From positions 12,980,101-13,044,100 of the forward strand of contig NC_092677.1 in NCBI RefSeq assembly GCF_964355755.1: DNA of 64,000 bases. Reading direction: 5' to 3'. The stretch's first letter is position 1; each line of letters starts with the position of its first letter. The notes beneath the pieces were generated by a model. The model did no database searches. It saw only the letters and a list, made by a program, of their open reading frames with translations, and was not told the DNA's origin. Positions 60,731 to 64,000 of this stretch are shown in pieces. This DNA is from Antedon mediterranea (taxonomy: Eukaryota > Animalia > Echinodermata). The position numbers were made by a program, and so were the translations under genes.

Positions 60731-62053
60731 AGAAAATTGGAAAATATTATTTTATTTGTCATTTTGTAAATTAAAGAAATAGTTTGTAAACTGATGTGTG
60801 CTATTGCCTGTCGAAGACAGGCATTTGTGGTTTTTAAAATAGTAATTATATATATACAGTACGTTTATTCAAAATGACAAAGTTTAAACAATATAATTTA
60901 AATTATATTTTTGAGTTTACTTTAAAAGGGACTTATTTTATAAACAAGTGAATTTTAATTGATTAGCAACTGTACACTATCTAAAATATTAAAATTTTTG
61001 AAACATTATTGATAAATAAAAACCATACATCCAGATAGCTAGGCGTAAGGCTACAAGAAAACAGATTTGACTGGCAGAGCCAATGGGTTTCTGGACATCA
61101 GTGGGTAGCCTGCAATTTGTGATGATCTGAAACCTCTGTATGTTGGTAGTTTGTTGTCACTAGGATAAGCCAATTAAGGTGTATCAAGAAATTGAGCCAA
61201 GAATCACATTTGCACAATGACATTAACTAGGTCATGGGTCATCACAAATTGAAGACTCTTTATTTCTTCCAAGCCTGCTGGGCTGAATTTGTTACAGGTG
61301 TGAATCTCTTTGTTAAATTACAGTAGGTCGTCTGTAACAATAAGAATGAGAAAATACCTCGCAATTCAAACTCATAATGACTAACAGTACATTTCAATGG
61401 AGTACGTGATTGGCCGATTGTACAGTAATAGTATTACAGTAGTTTGAATCCAATCACATTCAATGTGTTGACATTAATCATAGTTTTCATTCTATTAGGT
61501 CTCCAGTACTTCAGTAGTTTTTTTATTAGTTTTAATATGATTGTACAGCAGTACTGCAATCTCTATTTTTGTGAGATAGGCTTCTTTTTTTCAAATGTTT
61601 TCATTTGTGCAATATTATAGTAATAAATGCATTTTTGTACTGTACTGAAAAAAGATTTAATTTAAGAGATCAAAAAGTATAGTACTACTGTATAGACTAG
61701 AAACTGATACCAACTTTATAAATAATTTGTTGTTTATATACTGATAAAATTCTCACAACTTGAATTTTTATGATTATTTGTAGATGTAACTACAGTGTGT
61801 TTGTGTGTATATTGGTGTGTATTACTTGCATTATGAACTGTAACTATGATGGTTATGTTGATAACTATAGTTTGTATATTGTTATTTATTTTAAAAGTTA
61901 TATTAAGGAATACAGTATTTAAAACCCGATTACAATTGTCTTTATCAATTTATTATGTGAACAAAATAGGTTCTTTTCTTTTTTTGGTCGACCGCCCTCT
62001 ATCTAAGATCTTTTTGCATGCATCCATCCATCCATGCAGAATGCATTAACAAA

Positions 62054-64000
62054 ATGGCTTCCATTGCAGCTCGAGTTGGGAGCTCCATAAAATATTTATG
62101 CAGGCTTCCAAAAGTTAGATATGGTAAGTTTTTCTTATTTATACTGTTTTTGATGCCCGTGGATGTAGATATAAGTCAAATCTTGCTGTCGAGGCCTAGA
62201 TGGTTTTACCCTAACGCATCTAGGCCTAAACTAGGCCTACTACCCTAGCCTAGTAGCGAGGCCTTTTGGGCTGCCTCTAGGGCATTGGCCTAGTTAGGTA
62301 GTCCTCAGTCAATTATTGCCAAGTCAGTTCGCCCCACCAATGTAAATCATTATTTTTATGCATGTCATTAACTGGTTTAAATGAAACTACATTATAATAT
62401 CATGAATGTGATCACTATCTACAATTGCTACAAACAATGTTTTGTTAAATTTAAATTTTAATTACAAAAATGTATAATATTTTATACAATACATCCATAC
62501 ATAGCCTATGCATGATAATTGTTATTGGCATATATTATAGCCTAGTATAGAGTATATGATAATAAATATACTACTACTGTTACTAAGCTAGGGGTAATAG
62601 GCTAGGCTACATACCATAGACAGTACAACAAGACTAGCTTAATCAATAACTTTTGATTATTTTTTTATACTAATAGCATATCCCGTCACTCGTCAAAAAA
62701 GATGGGAATCAACCGATGTAAAACGTAAGTAAATAATTTAGCTAGGCCTATGAAACAATATAATTACAATGAATTTATTAATTTACATAATATAAATAAA
62801 TAGGCCATAGATAGTATATAGTATATTATTTGTATTTCAATCCATTTCAGCTACACTTAAACCATTTGATCAACTTAAGAGAGACACCTTAGAAGAGTAT
62901 GGACGCTATGTGGCAGATTGCATACCCAAATACGTCCAGAAAGTCCAAGTAACTCACCAGAACGAACTTGAGGTTATGATACACCCTGAGGGCGTTCTAC
63001 CCGTTCTGACATTTTTACGAGATCACAGCAATGCACAGTTTAAATCACTTGTTGATGAAACAGCCATAGATGTTCCAAAAAGAATTAATAGGTTTGAGGT
63101 TTGTAATAAAAGATTTTAAAAATATTTCCATCAACTAAATTTATTTGATCACCTTGCTAAATTTAACATGCAATAGAATCTTTAAATATCACCTTTCCTT
63201 CCAGTACTACTGATTGACACATTATACAAAATGAATCAATCAAATTGCAAGGGTACAGTGGTCTTCTAAACTGTAATTGAATAATTGTGAATTTAAATTG
63301 CTTATTTTTACAGGTGATATACAATTTACTTTCACTTCGATATAATTCAAGAATTAGAGTAAAGACATATACAGATGAGCTAACACCATTGGATTCTATA
63401 TACTGTATATTCAAAGCAGCCGATTGGTATGAACGAGAGGTAAGAACAAAATTTACAAGTTGCAGCCAGCTGTTGCCAATGCAGTTGCTGCCCAAGCTGT
63501 TGCCAATGCAGTTGCAGTCGAATCTGTTGCCAATGCAGTTGCAGCCGAAGCTGTTGCCAATGCAGTTGCAGCCGAAGCTGTTGCCAATGTAGTTGCGGCC
63601 AGTTGTTGCCAATGTAGTTGCAGCCCAAGCTGTTGCTAATGCAGTTGCAGTCAGCTGTTGCCAATGCAGTTGCAGCCCAAGCTGTTGCTAATGCAGTTTG
63701 CAGCCAAGCTGTTGCTAATGCAGTTGCAGCCAAAGCTGTTGTCGATGCAGTTGCAGCCCAAGCTGTTGCTAATGTAGTTGTAGCCCAAGCTGTTGCCAAT
63801 GCAGTTGCAGGTCAAGCTTTGCCAATGCAGCTCCAGGCTAAGCTGGAATTAGAATTTACACACTTGAGACAGCCTGAAACCATACCCTTTTCTTTGTAGA
63901 TATGGGACATGTATGGAGTATTCTTCTCAGATCATCCTGACTTGAGACGTATTTTGACAGACTATGGATTTGAGGGACATCCACTTAGAAAAGATTTCCC
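62054..64000 (+). CDS. NDUFS3: NADH:ubiquinone oxidoreductase core subunit S3 (30 kDa), runs off the window end
   Basis: Exons 62054-62123, 62677-62724, 62851-63098, 63314-63439, 63900-64000 onward. Basic N-terminal mitochondrial presequence, then [109 protein letters not shown]. Confidence 0.98.
63463..63835. repeat. 27-bp minisatellite in NDUFS3 intron 4
   Basis: Unit GCTGTTGCCAATGCAGTTGCAGCCCAA, about 13 copies. Confidence 0.92.

Noticed and set aside
63163-63899. Ala-rich antifreeze-like ORFs
   Set aside because: 27-bp minisatellite within an NDUFS3 intron.

Overview
AT-rich, intron-rich animal genomic DNA (invertebrate; a Deu-domain SINE suggests a deuterostome or other marine invertebrate, which is inference). 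Four spliced protein-coding genes were rebuilt by hand with consistent exon phases. (1) A 5'-truncated formin on + (372..28962, 22 exons, at least 1470 aa) with two N-terminal PH/PH-like domains, a dispersed FH1, an FH2 and a C-terminal PH domain, i.e. the little-studied PHCF subtype. (2) UBE2V/MMS2/UEV1 on - (33561..35771, 4 exons, 142 aa). (3) A large uncharacterised HEAT/ARM-like protein on + (37561..60730, 25-26 coding exons, about 1274-1300 aa), head-to-head with UBE2V, with one GC-AG intron and an acidic tail carrying adaptor-type motifs. (4) The 5' part of NDUFS3 on + (62054..window end). Introns hold many non-autonomous transposons: a Harbinger-like MITE in about 10 copies, an intact HINE/Helentron-type element, hAT-like elements with 5-bp and 7-bp TSDs, Deu-SINEs and LINE tails. 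They also hold many tandem arrays, including a 5.6-kb satellite with a 1406-bp higher-order duplication; several arrays visibly derive from transposon ends. Most long ORFs in the supplied track are repeat artefacts or exon read-throughs. No CRISPR, rRNA or true tRNA gene was found.
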